The notes: generated from the letters alone by a model not told the origin. A DNA stretch of 63,831 nucleotides, filler included, from Reclinomonas americana ATCC 50394 (GCA_048213135.1; 4 parts of 4 records of this genome joined end to end with filler, not necessarily neighbours in it), one strand, 5' to 3'. Counted from the first letter of the whole stretch, positions 1-13,131 are shown. Program-made: numbers and translations.

Positions 1-290
1 CCCTCTCTTCTCCCACGCTCTCCCTCCCTCCCTTCCTCCCTCCCCCCTCCTCTCTCTCTCTCTTTGCACGCATGATACCACGCAATCACCAATGACTCAC
101 AGATCCCTTTCTTCTCCTCCCCTCTTTCCTTCTCCTCCCTCTTTCCCCCTGTGCCTATTCCCTCCCTCTACCACCTCCACATACACAACCAGTCCATCAT
201 GACAAGCACAAGCACACACGCAGGGAAGCGAACAAGAGAATCTAATCTCCAGCACACACTCGCACACACATTTCACAAACAACACCTCAC

Positions 291-727
291 CTCCAACGCA
301 TTCGCAATGCGCTGCTTCGTGTCTCGATCCGGATACTTGTTCTTACTATGCTCCTCCTCCAACAACTCAAGCTATAATAAACAGACACAAAAGCAATAAG
401 AAACACGAACACATGTGTGTCTCAGTGCGTGCTGACCTGCTCTGGGGTAAAGCGCACATAGTTGCGCTTTCTGTTGACGACTCTGCGCGAGGATGAGGAC
501 GAGGAGGAAGACGAGGCCACATCTCCACTCTGTTGTGCGTGTGGAGCAGGAGGTCCCAGAGGGCGGCCTGTCTTTGCGGGAGGAGGTGCGAGTGGAAGCT
601 GCTGTTGTTGTTGAGCAGCAGGTGGAGGTGGAGGAGGTGGAGGAGGAGGAGGCGTGTGTGTCTCGTCTTCTGTGTCGGAGTTGGCGGCTGCGCGCGGAGA
701 TGAGGCGTCGTCGCCGTCGTTGTCCAT
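291..727 (-). CDS. Homeobox transcription factor, partial (exons 727-437 and 371-291; helix 3 presumably beyond the window start)
   Basis: Spliced product has a Pro/Gln/Ser-rich N-terminus then RKRNYVRFTPEQ|LELLEEEHSKNKYPDRDTKQRIANALE, matching the homeodomain N-arm, helix 1 and helix 2. GT-AG boundaries are in phase. Confidence 0.85.
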
Positions 728-999
728 TGTGCGCGCGCGCGTGTGTGAGTGTACGTGAGAGAGAGCAAGCGTGTGTGAGAGTGTTGACCGCAGTCAGTCA
801 GTGGGCACTTTCGTTGCGCAGGACGCGTTCCCGCGTTTTTTTTCTTTTGGCTTGACTTCGCGCAGCTGCTTTTGGGGTGGAGTGCGCGTTCGGCAATCGC
901 TCGCGTGTCTTTTCGTGTTGTTTTCCTCCGGGTGCTGATAATTAATTGCAATTGCGCAGCGGCCAGAGCGTCGGCACTCCTTTTCTTCCCTCCTTCGCA

Positions 1000-1560
1000 C
1001 TGCAGAGTTCAGATAGCTATCAGTGCTGGGCACTGCATCATCCAGCTGCTCGGTCTTTCGGAAGACCACTGTTTCGAGCCCCGTCCCTCCGCTGCGCCGA
1101 TTATTGCAATTGCCTGCAGAGCGTTCATGTGCGTCGTGGGTCGTTGGTTGGCAGCTATGTCAGCGTTGCTCGGCTGCCCTCCACCGCGACGAAAGCTGCA
1201 GATCGGTCCGAGCGCACGCTGCCCAGCCTCGTGGACCCCCGCAGCCTCCTTCCTACGAGAAACGCAAACAGTTCAGAGCTTGGCGTTCATATGCGTCGTG
1301 GTCGTCGGTGAGCTGCTGTGTCGGCTTGTTCCACCGCCCTTTCTTCCCCCTCCTCCGTGCAACGAGATCTGCAGATCGGTCCGAGCTTCACGTCGTCCAG
1401 CCTCGTGGATCTCCACCAACGTCGTTCCTACGAGAAATGCAATAAAGTTCAGAGCTTCGCGTTCATGTGCGTCTCTCCGATTCGCTTTTTCCTCGGCCGT
1501 GGGCGGCGTGTGGCGGGCGCTGGCGTGTCGGCGTCGTCTGGCTGCTCGGTCTTCCTGTGC
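1000..1560. repeat. Degenerate tandem duplication, about 175-bp period
   Basis: ctgcagatcggtccgagc occurs at ~1196 and ~1369, cctacgagaaa at ~1252 and ~1426, and gttcagagctt at ~1271 and ~1447. Confidence 0.75.
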
Positions 1561-3128
1561 ACCACCACCTTTTTCTTCTTCTTCTTCTTCTGGGGCCCGT
1601 CTGCGGACGTCGGTTCCACCTCGGCAGGCAGCGGTGCTGCTGCCGTGCTTGCCGCCTTCTTCTTCTCCACTGTTGCTGTTGTCGTCGTCGTGGTCGTGGT
1701 CGTTGTCTTGCCTTGCATAATGGCCTCCTGCGCGTCGAATCAGCAAAAGCTCCTTCCCCCCTCACCATGCACGTGAACACGCAACTCGCTCGGCCGACTC
1801 GACGCGGTACGACTCCCACGCCGACGGCATGGTCGACTGAATCTCCTTTGGCAGCATGTCCGCGCCAAACGTGCCAGCGGCCGTCGCCGCCGTCACATCG
1901 TGCCCGACTTGTTCACTGAGCTCGATGCACGCCTGCATGCACGTGTCAGAGCGCACACGTCGTGAGTGACAACGCACGCGATGCACCTTGATGTTGCCCA
2001 GTGCGGCAATCTGCAGCTTCGGCTGCCACGCTGGCGATTTGACGACCTTGCCTCGCAGCAGCATGAAGAAGCACTGCAGCGTCTGCGGTGCATACCTGCG
2101 CACACCGAAATCGTCAGCGCGACCCGCGACACACCCGCAAACAAGCAGTAACACACGCAGCCTCTTCTCCGCTGTCGCCTTGGCAAAGATGTCGGCCACG
2201 TTGACGACCTCCAGCGGTGGACGCACGCCAAAGCTGCAACACGAAAGACAGTGAGCGCCTGCAGAGTGCAATAGCTCGTGGAGGAGTGCTCTCCACGCAA
2301 CGCCTCTGCCACTGTGCCTCCGACATCGGCCCACACATTCGCTCCACTGGCCACGTTGCTAACATCGCGATCGAATCGCTCCAGAGACGCGCAGGTAACC
2401 AGCACGTGAATGTTGCGACGGTGTGTGCTGATGCTCACGGAGGACTTGAAGCCGCCAGTCAGCTCGCGAATGAACTCACTTGCCGCGTGGTCCACTGCAT
2501 GCTTGACAGTGAGCAAGTGATAAGAGAAGAGAGGCAGTGATCACTGGTAACATTGTGGGAAGAAGACGAGGATCACAGGCCCATCGCTCACGCTGCTCAC
2601 ATCGCGGCTGTGTAATGTGCTGCGGCCGAGGAAGCTCTTTGCTTGTGCATCAGTGAGTCGCGCTCACAGAAGGCGAGTGAGTGCAAGTGCGCAACTCGGC
2701 GACCGACGATTGTGAAGGGAGGGCAGTCGCTGTGCACAGGCAGTGCGTCTTTGAAGTGCCAGAACCTGTGTTGTGTTGTGTAAGTGAGAGAGGGGTGGAG
2801 GGGGGAGGGAGGGTGGAGGGAAAGAGAGACCAGTGAGTGCCGGGTGTGCGAGATGCTGCTCCTCGCGAAGTCATGCAAACAATGTCGGAGGACTTCGCAG
2901 GCGCAGCGGACTTCTTTGCGTGCTGTACGCCGTTGTATCACACGTGCAGTGGCAACCCTAAGGGATACGTGAGCTCCCTTGACTCGTACGCGGTCTTGTG
3001 ACGCTTGACCATCGCATGCAACGATCGCGACGTCGACGTCGACGTCGACAACTTGTACGTATCCGAACAGCAACGCAGCTCCGTGATTGAGTGAGCACCA
3101 GAGTATCACACGCCCAGCAGCAACCATG
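1273..3128 (-). CDS. Hypothetical multi-exon protein (exon chain not uniquely resolved)
   Basis: Several protein-like minus-strand segments (MVAAGRVILWCS..., HAKKSAAPAKSS..., FWHFKDALPVH..., DHAASEFIRELTGG..., FGVRPPLEVVNVAD...) are separated by short GT...AG intron-like stretches. No recognisable domain. Confidence 0.4.
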
Positions 3129-3600
3129 TGGGCTGCGTGCACTCCCTTGTTTCGCTTGACGCTTTACCCGGCCTTGCAACAAATGCAACGACAACAACGA
3201 TCGACCTCCGATCCGGATTCAAACAGGAACACAGGCGCAGAGCACCAGACACAGGGCTATCTCGTGAACAGTTCGAAATCAGCCGACATGCAAGTGTTTC
3301 TGTAAGAGGAGCCACGAAATTCGAACACATCGAATTCACCGCCTGTCCACCATCTCCCCCCTTCGACCCTTTGTTGGCAGGGTCACGATCAGCTGCGTAC
3401 TACTCTGCATTTCGGTCCTCTATTCCTCCGCTTCTCTCTGGATCCGGCGGGCATGAAAGGGACTTCGCAATATCGACGTTGAAATTATCGATTCCGGACA
3501 CGGTGCGCGCGTGAGCGTGTGCCACACGCCGTCCAACTAGCTCTCTCTCCTCAGCAAGCACCTCATCGCCCCTTTCTCTGCCTCGGTGCGAACAAAGCTG

Positions 3601-3634
3601 CCAATCAAAAACCGGTTAAGCGACCGAACCAATC
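3601..3634 (+). promoter_or_regulatory. Paired CCAAT boxes in a divergent promoter region
   Basis: ccaatc at 3601 and 3629, lying between divergently oriented genes (ATG ~3128 on minus, 3999 on plus). Confidence 0.35.
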
Positions 3635-3998
3635 AAGCGTGCTCGCGTTCCGTTGCTACACTTTTCGTTTTTTTGGGCGAGAAAAGTGGCGTGCGGCCGG
3701 TGTGCCTTGCAAAGCATACCACAGGAAGGCCGAGTGGCGGCCTCTCCTCCCTCTGTTTCCCCCCTCCCACGCGCACATTGCGCACTCAGACACAGCCGGC
3801 AGAGAGAGAGACGCAGAGGCGGTTGACGCGCGCACGTGCCTTTGACATTGAATCGAAACTCCCAAACTCTTCGGCGTGCCTGTATGTTTCGTGTAACACA
3901 CACATGTCTCCTCCTCTTCTCTCTTCTCCGTACACTGTCACAGTGGTCTGACTGGTGCGTGTGTGTGTGTGCGTGTTGACAGAGAGACAACTGATCGC

Positions 3999-5278
3999 AT
4001 GGGCGACAACGTGCGACAACTGCGAGGTCGCGCACCGCCACCTTCAGCTGCCTCGGCGACCGCTGCAGCGGCCTTTGTGCCAGAGAATGGTGGTGTGGCA
4101 CGGGCGCGCTCCTCCTCCATCACACCCACAGGAGCACGGAACGGATCGAGGACACGCATGTCGGAGACAGCGGATCAGCCCTTCTCTCCTGCTCGGACGC
4201 CAACGAGACTTGGCGCTAGCTCGTCTTCACGATCGCCGCTGCATGGCTCCAGATCACCATCGGGAAGACCTCCACCATCGCCCACACCACAGATGCAGCC
4301 TCCACCGTCGCCTCTGCCACCACGTTCGCCGGCACGAGCACGAATGGCACCACCGCCACCGATAACAGCACCACCACCGCCAGTAATAGCAGCAGCAGCG
4401 AAGACGACACCAATGTCGCCGGCGAGAAGAGCAACAGCTGCCAGCAGCAAGGCCGCCACTGTGCCTGCCGTGGCTCGTGTGGCCAGGTCGGAGCAGCGGA
4501 GAGGTTCACGCGTGCTGACGGACACGCAGGCGACGCCGGCAGCTATCGAGGCCACTGGTGGCTCCAGTGTTGTGCGATCGCCGACGTCGATGGTCATGCA
4601 CAATGCAGTGCGGAAGCCGCTGACGGAGACCGAAATGACACCGGCAGCGATTGAGGCCACGGGTGGTGGGGATTATGTGCCGTCTGCGGTGCCACCACGC
4701 CCACCACCCATGCCGCCGCCGCCCACGTCGACCAATCGGCCTCCTTTGCAGCCACTGCTACCGCAGCAGCAGCAATCGACGTTGAATCGGCCGGCAAGTC
4801 GAGCGCGTGCGCTCTCCGTGTCCGCCGCTACCGACAAGAATCTGGCGATTCGACGCCGCCACTCATCGTGTCGGCACACGGTAGGAGCGATGCCTGAGGT
4901 GTTGGGCGTTCAGTTCCACACGGCGGTCGGAAAGCCGTCGGCGACGTATTGTCGGAATGTCTACGGTATTGTGACACTGGAGAGTGGGGAGGGTTGAGCT
5001 GGCGTGGCGTCTCATTCACCCGCTCGTATCGCACAGGGGACGACATGATGACATCCGCCTCGCAACCGGCGAAGCGATACTGCGCACTGCAGCCGGCTTC
5101 CGAGGCCACGCGCGATCCCTCGCACATGCATCGCGACACGCACGATCACGATCATCATCGTGACGAACCTCGCCATTACACGGCGAACACGTTCGTCCTC
5201 GGCTCCCTAACTAGTGACGGAAGACGCATGTTTTCGTACACAAATCAGCCGGTACGGGCACAATTAGTGAAAGAATAG
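3999..5278 (+). CDS. Pro/Ser/Arg-rich hypothetical protein (exons 3999-4992 and 5037-5278)
   Basis: A long ORF is joined to a second ORF by a 44-nt intron (GTTGAG...cacAG, phase 1). Internal repeat LTDTQATPAAIEATGG / LTETEMTPAAIEATGG. Confidence 0.7.
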
Positions 5279-6356
5279 TGGTACTTTTGTTTTCATGCAT
5301 AGAGGGAGAAGGACCGATTATCGACAGGGGAAGTGCAGACGTGGCTAACAGACGGCCGATGCAACGATCGGGAGACCGCAGCGAGCAATCGAACTTGTCT
5401 TCTCGCTGTGCAGGCAACGAAGCGTGACCAGAGAGAGATACATATGCGGGCGCCGCGAGGCCAATCAATCTCGTCTTTGTGAATGCAGCGATACAGCCGA
5501 CCGGCGGTGCAGCAGAGTTGTCGTTTGCATCGGCGAGCGATTGCGATCATTATCGAGACCGAGCAATCGAATGCACATGCTTCGAAGTGGCTGACAGCGA
5601 TGAACGAGTGTTGCTCTTGGGCCATCGCCGATCGCTTCGGAGCTTCGCCGATGCGATCGCGTTCGTCTTCCTTTGTGCATGCAGCGATCGATACAGTTGT
5701 GTTGCTCGTTGAACGCATCTTGAATCAACTCGATCGCCGCGGAGCTTCGCCGATGCGATGCAATCGTCGAGATCATCGATCGCCAACGCAACGCGTGCCG
5801 GAAAATTCTTCGCGTTCCGATCATTTCATCTCACTTTCTCCGATCGCCATCTCTCGCCGTGGGCATGCATCGCGCAACCGTCATCTCCCAGCAGCTGTCG
5901 CCCTCCTCCCGTCGCTCACCGGTACGCTCGTGCACACACGCACACAGAGAGAGAGAGAGAGAGCGGCACGCGCACGACGACGACGCAGAAAGCGCATCAA
6001 CGCTCACGTAGGCACACACAGACCAGACACACGCACGCGACGAGAAAAAGTGCGTGTGCACAAAACAAACAAAAAGTTGGAAATGGCTGATTGGCATCTC
6101 CACGTTTGTCGCACGCCCGCACGCAACTTTTCTGCATGTTCTCTCGCTCGCGCACGTGCTCTCTCTCTCTGTGACACACATACACATGCACTGTTGCCGT
6201 TTTCCGCACGACGACGTGGGGATGTGACCGTTGTGACACGAGTTGTCCGCATTTTCACTCACATATTTTACCTTGTCGCTTTTGTGTAAGCAGTCGTCGC
6301 CCTCTCGATCCTCGCCTTCATCATCATCATCATCCTCAAGGAGTCATCGTAGCAAA

Positions 6357-8584
6357 ATGGAGCACAAGAGTGTTGTGATTACGGGCGCGGCGGGTCAGAT
6401 TGGCTACTCGCTGATCCCGCTCTTTGCGAATGGCACCGCCCTCGGGCCCAATGTCGTCGTCGACTTGCGCTTGTTGGATATTGCGCCGGCAATGGGCACC
6501 CTTGGAGGTGAGTGAGTGTGGGGGGAGAAGGGGTAAGAGAGAGATGCGTGTCTTTTTTGCGCGCGCGCATCTTTTGTTGTTGTTGTGTGTGTGCATGTGT
6601 GTGTCTTGTTGAGCATACACACGCGCGTGCACTTGTTTGCTTTGAGCGCGTGCTTGTGGAGGCACTTGTCATGATGTAACGCTCAAGTACGCGCGTGCAT
6701 CTTTTGTGTTTTGTTGAGCATTCTCTCTCTTTCTCTCTTTCTCTCTCTCTCACACACACTCACACACGTGCGCTTGCTTGCTTTGTGTTGTCTGTGTTGT
6801 CATGATGGTACTTGATGATCCTTTTTTGCGCGCGTGCATCTTTCTCTGTTGTGTGTGTTTGTCGAGCATTGTCTCTCTCTCTCTCTCTCTTACACATATG
6901 TACTTGCTTTGTGTTGTGTGTTTGGTGGCACTTGTCATGATGAGTGCACTTTTCCGTTCATTTTACGCGCGTGCACGCATGCTCCCTTTTTTGGCTCATT
7001 TTGTCACTCTTGCTCGTCTCTCACTCTCTCACTTGCACAGTTGCACACACGCACACGCGCGTTCTCTTCAACTGTGTTGTTGTGTGCGTCGTCTCAAACA
7101 AAGTTCGCACTTTTTCTCTTTGCTCACACACTCGCACTTGTTCCCTTCTCTCTCTCCTCACTCACTCTCTTGTGCTCGATTCCCCCTCCCCCTCTCTCAC
7201 ACTCATCTCAATTTTGTTCATCTTGCACGATTCTCTCCTGTATTTCACGTGGTTATTGACTGATGCAATTGCTCACCCTTCATTTTTTTTTTGCATTTGC
7301 AGGTGTGGTCATGGAGCTGCAGGATTGCGCGTACCCGACCCTCGGCAACGTGATTGCCACGGCCGATCCGCGTGTGGCCTTTGATCAGGTCGACATTGCG
7401 CTGCTGGTCGGTGCTTTCCCGCGCCGGTGAGCATCTCTCCCCTTGCCTATCTCTTGTCTTTTTTGTACACTCACACTCACTCGCTCGCCCGCAGCGAGGG
7501 AATGGAGCGCAAGGATCTGCTCATCCGCAACGCCGCCATTTTCGAGGAGCACGGCAAGGCCCTGAACGAGGTCGCCAGCCGCGATGTCAAGGTAACTCCA
7601 TACTACGTTTCCCCCACTTTGCCCACACCACTCACTCACTCTCTCTCCCTTTCAGGTGCTGGTCGTCGGCAACCCGGCCAACACCAACTGCTGGCTGGCG
7701 CAGCAGTTCGCCCCGAGCCTGCCGCGCACCAACTTCTCGGCGCTCACCCGCCTGGACCACCAGCGCGCCCTCGGCCTGCTTGGTGCCAAGATTGGTGTGG
7801 AGCCGGCGCGCATCCACGGCGTGTGCATCTGGGGCAACCACAGTGCCACCCAGTTCCCCGACGTCAACGACGCGTACGTGGAGCGTGAGGACGGCTCGCG
7901 GCAGTCGCTCCGCGACGCGGTGAACGACGATGCCTGGCTCGACGAGGAGTTTGTCAAGGCCGTGCAGCAGCGCGGCGCCGCTGTCATCAAGGCCCGCGGT
8001 CAGTCGTCGGCGCTGTCGGCGGCCAACGCCATCATGTTGCACATTCGTGACTGGATCTACGGCACCAATGGCCAGATTGTGTCGATGGCGGTGTGCTCGG
8101 ATGGCTCGTACGGCATTCCCGACGGCCTGGTCTTCTCGTTCCCGGTGATTTGCGAGGTGCGTGGGAAGAGGGAAAGGGGGCGGAGAGGGGAAAGATGGAT
8201 GGATGGATTACTGATTTTTTTGTGTGTGTTTGTAGAACGGAGCCTACACGATCGTGAAGGACCGCAACGTGTCGAAGGCGACGGCGCAGGCTCGCCTGAA
8301 GTCCACCACTGACGAGCTGATGAGCGAGCGCGATCAGGCCGACGAGGTGAATTGACATTTTGTGTGTGCGTGTGTATTGGTCTGGTCGTCTTCTCTCGTA
8401 AGTCTGTCTGTCTTTCTCTCACAGTCGGTTCTGTTTGCCTCTGCTGGCCTCTGCTGTCTGGCTGGTACTTTTCTGTTTGTTTCTCTCAGTCTGTCTGTCT
8501 GTCTGTCTGTGTCTGTCTCTCTCTATCTTTCTCTCTCCATGTGTGTGCGTGTGTGTTGGTCTGTCTGGCTGTCTTCTCTCGTCA

Positions 8585-8644
<60 letters not shown>

Positions 8645-8731
8645 TGTCTTATTCTTGCCGTCGCTCACTCCCTGCCCACTCTCCCCCCCACCCGACAGAT
8701 CACCAAGGCGGCCGCCTCGGGCTCCGCTTGA
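6357..8731 (+). CDS. MDH1: Cytosolic NAD-dependent malate dehydrogenase (6 exons: 6357-6507, 7303-7426, 7495-7591, 7656-8156, 8236-8346, 8699-8731)
   Basis: Motifs [46 protein letters not shown] and [12 protein letters not shown]. All introns are GT-AG and in phase. Confidence 0.97.
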
Positions 8732-9310
8732 GCTGGACTCGGCGGTGTTATTTCACCACTTGCTTGTTCCCGTGCCACTGCTCGCGGACGGCAAGGAAAA
8801 CAGAGAAAAGAGACGATTATGAGGATGCTTTTTGCGCACCAATGAAAAAAACAGCCACAAAGACGAAAGATGACGGAAGGGAAGGGGAGGTGAGGATAGA
8901 AGAAGAAGAAGAAGAAGCTTGGTGTTTAATTGAATTCTGGTCGCGTACGTCGAGTACTTGCCGGGTGGGCAGCTGCACCACAGTGCGAAAGCACGCCAAG
9001 GAGAAGCTTGCGGTCTCTGATGACCCTTGACCACGTCGCCCCCTGCTCAACACACAGTTGTCGAGGAACTCAGCCTTCTGGCAACTGCATTTCTCTCGTT
9101 CTGCTCGTACACTTGTCGGGCGGCAGCACCATACTGCGCATGGCGCACCAAGAAGGAGATCTCCGTTTCCCTCTGTCTCCCTTATTTCGACTGCTCTCGT
9201 CTACGTTTGCATTCGGCGGATGGGCGGCAGCACCACATCACCTCTCCCTTGCGCACGAACAGCTCAACAAGAATATGGCTTCCTGTCTACTCTCCTGCGC
9301 ACGCCTTCAT

Positions 9311-9808
9311 TCATCTCTCGTCCACCTCATACACTTGGCGGGTGGGCGGTTGCACGGGCGGCAGCACCACGTCGCCCTTGCTCAGCGAGTAGTTGCGATC
9401 GGCATCCCAACCCGACAGGTCGCCGCAGGCCAGGAACGGCACGACCACGGTGCCGGTGACCGTGCCGCGCGACAGGGTCGCAAAGTCCAGCGAGTCGGCC
9501 AGCGGGTCAATCATCGAGGGTGTGTAGTCGGCGGGCGGCTGGAAGTCCAGGCACACCACAAAGGCCTCGAGGGATGAGTTGCGGGAGCTCTGTGGGGGGG
9601 AGGGCAAAGGGGGAAGGGAGTTAGGAGGGGAAGGGAGGCGAGGGAGAGAGAGAGAGAAAAACAGAATGCCATGGCAAGTGCTGGAAAGGAGAAGTGCACC
9701 TAAACGCAGATGCATGGTTAGAAAAAAAGACGTGAACAGCAGTACATGTGTGAAAGCTGACGATTGCGGTAAGTGGAAGCGCGAGCCACAGGAGATATGC
9801 ATGGAGAA

Positions 9809-9848
<40 letters not shown>

Positions 9849-10883
9849 CGTAGTGGTAGGAAGAGAAGAGAGACGGAGGCGTAGGTGGTAGGTAGTCGAC
9901 GTAGGTGTCGACTAGTTCGTAACGAAAGAAACGAAAAAAGGNNNNNNNNNNNNNNNNNNNNNNNNNNNNNNNNNNNNNNNNNNNNNNNNNNNNNNNNNNN
10001 NNNNNNNNNNNNNNNNNNNNNNNNNNNNNNNNNNNNNNNNNNNNNNNNNNNNNNNNNNNNNNNNNNNNNNNNNNNNNNNNNNNNNNNNNNNNNNNNNNNN
10101 NNNNNNNNNNNNNNNNNNNNNNNNNNNNNNNNNNNNNNNNNNNNNNNNNNNNNNNNNNNNNNNNNNNNNNNNNNNNNNNNNNNNNNNNNNNNNNNNNNNN
10201 NNNNNNNNNNNNNNNNNNNNNNNNNNNNNNNNNNNNNNNNNNNNNNNNNNNNNNNNNNNNNNNNNNNNNNNNNNNNNNNNNNNNNNNNNNNNNNNNNNNN
10301 NNNNNNNNNNNNNNNNNNNNNNNNNNNNNNNNNNNNNNNNNNNNNNNNNNNNNNNNNNNNNNNNNNNNNNNNNNNNNNNNNNNNNNNNNNNNNNNNNNNN
10401 NNNNNNNNNNNNNNNNNNNNNNNNNNNNNNNNNNNNNNNNNNNNNNNNNNNNNNNNNNNNNNNNNNNNNNNNNNNNNNNNNNNNNNNNNNNNNNNNNNNN
10501 NNNNNNNNNNNNNNNNNNNNNNNNNNNNNNNNNNNNNNNNNNNNNNNNNNNNNNNNNNNNNNNNNNNNNNNNNNNNNNNNNNNNNNNNNNNNNNNNNNNN
10601 NNNNNNNNNNNNNNNNNNNNNNNNNNNNNNNNNNNNNNNNNNNNNNNNNNNNNNNNNNNNNNNNNNNNNNNNNNNNNNNNNNNNNNNNNNNNNNNNNNNN
10701 NNNNNNNNNNNNNNNNNNNNNNNNNNNNNNNNNNNNNNNNNNNNNNNNNNNNNNNNNNNNNNNNNNAAGGTAAAGGTAAAAGGTAAACGGTAAACGAACG
10801 AACGTACGTACGTAGTACGTAGTAGTAGTAGAGTACGTAGTAGTAGGTAGGTAGGTACGGACGGACGACGACGACGACGAGAG

Positions 10884-10936
<53 letters not shown>

Positions 10937-13131
10937 CTAACGTGTGGTAAAGCAAGAGAGCGAGGCAGTGTGGTATGCAGGTGTGCATGTCAAAGCAAAA
11001 GAGCAGTATCACGCTGGCGTGAGAAAGCAGACAACTACGTGTGAGCTGCCGGGCAGGCAAACCTTTGGTTTCGCCACCGTGACGCGCCGGAAAAACATGT
11101 TGAGCTGCGCGTACAGGTAGCCAATGTCGCGTCCGCGGAACACCTTGGCCACGAAGGAGCCGCCCGGACGTAGCACAAAGGTGGTGATGTTGAGGGCGGC
11201 CAGGATGAGCTGCGACTGCATGTACTCGTCGAGGTCGTGGAGGCCGGTGACTGGGGAATGGGAGTATGAGGGAGGAGCGTGGGAAAGGGAGGATGAGAGG
11301 AGAACAGATGATGCAAGAGGTGTGAAGAGAAAGGAAAGGCTGACGATGAAAGGGAGTGGAGGAGACAGTGCTTCATCCGCTCCACACAAACTCACCATCC
11401 GGCGCCCCATCGCACACCACCAGGTCGGCCTTGTGACCGTCGAAATGCGCAATGATCTGCGACGCCGTCTCCTCTTGCGTAATGTCTCCCTGCAGTTGAA
11501 TGACGCCATCCAGCGGAGCCATCTCCTGCAAGTCGACGGCGACAATCACAGTGTCCCTGCGCGAGAGTGGGAAGCGGAAGTGAGTGACAGGAGAGAGGGA
11601 AGGGTAGAGAGAAGGGGAGGGGACAGAGAAGAGTTCATCTGGTCAGCTAGTGGTGTGAAGAGATGCGACAGTCATGTTTCGCTCAAAAGAAGCTCTTGAT
11701 CAACGTCGTACATGGGCATGGCACGGACAATGAGTCTCCGAGTGAAAGCAGGATACCAGGCTTGGCCTCTCCTATGAACACGTCGCAAAAGAAGCACACT
11801 TCAAGAGCAACGCAGCACAAACACTCGAGAGCGACGAGAACGCACAGTTTCATGCACAGCACAAACAACAACCACGCACACTCAAGGATGACACGAGCAA
11901 CGAGAATAAGTGCGTAAAGAGCATCGGGAAGATGCATCACTCGGCACGAGCAGAGAGTGAAGCATGCGAAGAGCATGTGACTTCCATGAACAGAAGAGAC
12001 ACAGCAAAGAGCGATGCGCGTGAAGTGCATGCGACCTACTCAGGAGGCTGCATGCTCAAGGTTCGAGACACAGCAGAGAGTGAAGCTCGAGAAGCGCATG
12101 TGACACACTCAGGAGGCTGCATGCTCTCGCTATCCTGACACAACAGCCAGTGGAAGCGCGAGACTACCTCCGGAGAATGCATGCTCTCATGTTCGACACA
12201 CAGCAAAGAGTGAAGAATGAAGAGTGTGTGACCTACTCCGGCGGTTGAAAGCTCTCAGACTCGAGACACAGCAAAAGAGTGAAGCATGTGAAGAGCAAGT
12301 GACTGCCTTGGGCGAATGTATGCTCAAGGTTCGAGACACAGCAAAAGAGTGAAGCACGTGAAGATTATGAACTGCAAGGGAGGATGCATGCTCTCACTAT
12401 CCTGACACAGCAGAGAGTGGAAGCGCGAGACTACCTCGGGAGGATGCATGCTCTCAAAGCTCCCACAATGTCCACACTGCAAACGACAAGTGACAAGCTG
12501 GGATCCCGAGCATGCTCCCGTCCTCGCACAGCAACCGAGCACGAGCAACTACGTTACCACCTGCACCTCATAATACTCCCTTCTCCCTCTCCTCACTCCC
12601 TCCCCTCTCTCGCAACTCCGCCGACGCCGGTCTCTGCGCCTCGGGCACATCCAGATGATACAACTGTCGCTGCAACACCTGCGACCACGAGCCCGGCGCC
12701 GCACACAAGTCCACTGCACGACGCACGCCCTCAAACAAGTGGAATTCCTCGTTCACTTGCTACACAAAACGAGAGAGATGAGCATGACGAGGAGCGCGGA
12801 GAGTGACAAGGAGCTCACCAGCAGCTTGTATGCACTGCGCGCTCGCCACCCTTCTTGCTTGGCAAGCCGATAGAACTTGTCTGTGAGAGTAGTCAAGGCG
12901 ACGGATAAAGCGGCACCTAAGTCGTCGCCTAAGTGCGCCTATCCTCACATGCACACTCAGTCTTCACACTCTTGTTCTCTGTGTGCCTCTCTCTCTCTCT
13001 CTCTCACATGCACACACTCGCACACACTCACACACACTCTCACACACACACACTCTTTTACACACTCTTTCACACACTCTTCTCTCTCCTTCCTCTCACT
13101 CACCTCGCTTATCCTTTGTGGTTCGACCCAT
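9311..13131 (-). CDS. TRM7: tRNA (C32/N34)-2'-O-methyltransferase, FtsJ family (3' end approximate; one intron spans a gap)
   Basis: [100 protein letters not shown] and VPFLACGDL match FTSJ1/Trm7. Confidence 0.95.
9942..10766. other. Assembly gap (further gaps at ~23908-24007, 50226-50325, 53321-53922 and 56577-56676)
   Basis: N runs. The 100-bp gaps carry a central TTAATTAATTAA spacer. Confidence 0.99.
11930..12460. repeat. Degenerate ~60-bp minisatellite in TRM7 intron 3
   Basis: Recurrent gagacacagca(a)agagtgaagc...ctcaggaggctgcatgctc units. Confidence 0.8.

Noticed and set aside
4990..5040. Apparent TGA readthrough or frameshift (also at 26233-26236)
   Set aside because: Both are resolved by short in-phase introns (4993-5036 and 26159-26222). 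TAA, TAG and TGA all act as normal stops in conserved genes, so there is no evidence for an altered genetic code.
10767..10880. Odd gtaa/cgta/gtag/gacg drifting repeats flanking the gap (also 9847-9941)
   Set aside because: The pattern is typical of low-quality pyrosequencing read ends after a long microsatellite.
9885..11060. ORFs of more than 280 aa spanning N runs (also 52886-54187)
   Set aside because: Artefacts of translating assembly gaps.
11883..11895. caaggatgacacg, matching part of U6 snRNA
   Set aside because: Only 13 nt match, with no ACAGAGA box or internal stem-loop upstream; a chance match.
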